Shown here piece after piece: positions 62,908 through 64,000 of a stretch of DNA of 64,000 nt. Below the pieces are notes generated by a model. It did no database searches. It was not told the origin of the DNA and was given only the letters and a program-made list of their open reading frames with translations. Within the stretch, counting starts at the first letter, position 1. The number at the start of each line of letters is the position of its first letter. Made by a program: the position numbers and the translations under genes. This stretch comes from Camelus dromedarius. Taxonomy: Eukaryota. The stretch is from NCBI RefSeq assembly GCF_036321535.1, contig NC_087436.1, forward strand, positions 49,850,001 to 49,914,000, given 5' to 3'.

Positions 62908-63619
62908 CTCTAGAATATGATTTTTTATTGTAAAAAAGCATTCAGTTTTATTATGGCAGGCAGTTAGATTCCTGGCAAAATTTTTTATCCTGTCAGTTTT
63001 TGTTTATTATTTATTTTGATGGCTCTAAATTAGTTCTGAAGTTAGTTTTAGGTGTTTGTCCTACACCTAATCTATGAGCTTTCTAGAACTTTACTGAATA
63101 GTCAAGTTGATCAGCAATGTCTCAGACTGGTTATTATTCTGGTGTTACCATTCAGCAGTTAACTTCACATCAAATGATTACCTCTGAGTACTGTGGAATG
63201 TTACTCTGCATACTCAGGCCAGCCTTTAGCTCAGGGTCATATTTTGGATCCCCTTGGAGACATCTGTTCTCTAACTCTGTGCTGCTTTTTCTTATCCAGT
63301 ACTCAAAATTCTGGCCACTTTAGCTGACTTGAACTCTCATATCTGAATCTGATATTCAACTAGATTTTTACTCAGTTTGGCCTTAACAACCCTGTGCACT
63401 GAAATAATAACTTATCTCCATACAGAAGCCAGGGTGACTGCAATAATTACTTCAGAGTTTATAGTCCTGCATTGCCTATTTTTAAATGCCTGAAAACAGT
63501 TGTTGCATATATTTTTCCTAGTTTTATGGGTTTTTTTTCTTTCTGTAAGAAGGCAAATCAAGTACCAATTATTGTGCAGACTGAAAGTGGAAAATCATCA
63601 ATGTCTTGCCACAGCACTC

Positions 63620-64000
63620 TGTTTAGAAAACCCACACTTCTCCTGTGTTCCTCCTTTATTCTCACATGGCTACCATACTCACAGCCCTTCTGACACAAAA
63701 TGTGTTGGTTTTTTCCCATACCATGCAATTCTGTGACATAGTTGGTGTTCTACAATTTAATTCAACTCTGACACTATCCACCTGGAGAGAGCATGAGATC
63801 CCACAGGTTAAGTTCTCAGTCCCACAAGACTGTTCCCCTCACATCATTCAGATGCCAATTGCAAGTTTGGTTGTTACTGTGCTTCCGACCAGTTATCAGT
63901 TGGAGGTTCCAACAACCACCTCCTTAGGTTCAATTAATTTACTAGAGTGGCTCACACAACTGAGAAAGATAGTCTGTTTACTATTTACAAGCTTATTATA
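63620..64000. mobile_element. MER21-like LTR (runs off the window)
   Basis: gatcccacaggttaagttctcagtcccacaagactg…ttcagatgccaattgcaag…aattaatttactagagtggctcaca. Confidence 0.7.

Larger units (their letters stand above)
59790..63600 (-). mobile_element. Ancient L1 (L1ME-like) fragments, antisense
   Basis: gtagctttataataagtcttgaaa…tccaactttgtttttcaagatt…ctggctaggacctcca…; T-rich antisense L1 character throughout. Confidence 0.7.

Noticed and set aside
1..64000. tRNA, rRNA or snRNA genes, and young lineage-specific SINEs (Alu, Bov-tA, PRE-1, CAN-SINE)
   Set aside because: None recognised by eye, so the species assignment rests only on L1 tail resemblance and stays tentative.

Overview
AT-rich, CpG-depleted mammalian genomic DNA. 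The L1 3' tails look cetartiodactyl, possibly camelid, but that is an inference. The only protein-coding sequence I can support is the terminal coding exon of CXXC4/IDAX (+ strand, 1418-1462, RTPVPSAEAFRWFF*). It follows the end of the last intron and precedes an approximately 4.1-kb 3' UTR with a likely distal AATAAA at 5522. The remaining ~58 kb is gene-poor: old L2, MIR, MaLR/ERVL LTR, Tigger/hAT and L1 relics, microsatellites, and several repeat-poor unique blocks that look like distal regulatory elements. The short ORFs in the track are chance ORFs or decayed L1 ORF2. I see no convincing novel multi-gene system. The most unusual directly visible items are a perfect 18-bp GC-rich inverted repeat fused to a TGACAG-n4-CTGTCA palindrome (37600-37659), a very short young L1 insertion with a perfect target-site duplication (TSD) in the CXXC4 intron, a collapsed two-LTR ERVL provirus, a small orphan CpG-rich patch, and several local duplications. 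Repeat family names come from recalled consensus sequences, and repeat boundaries are approximate.
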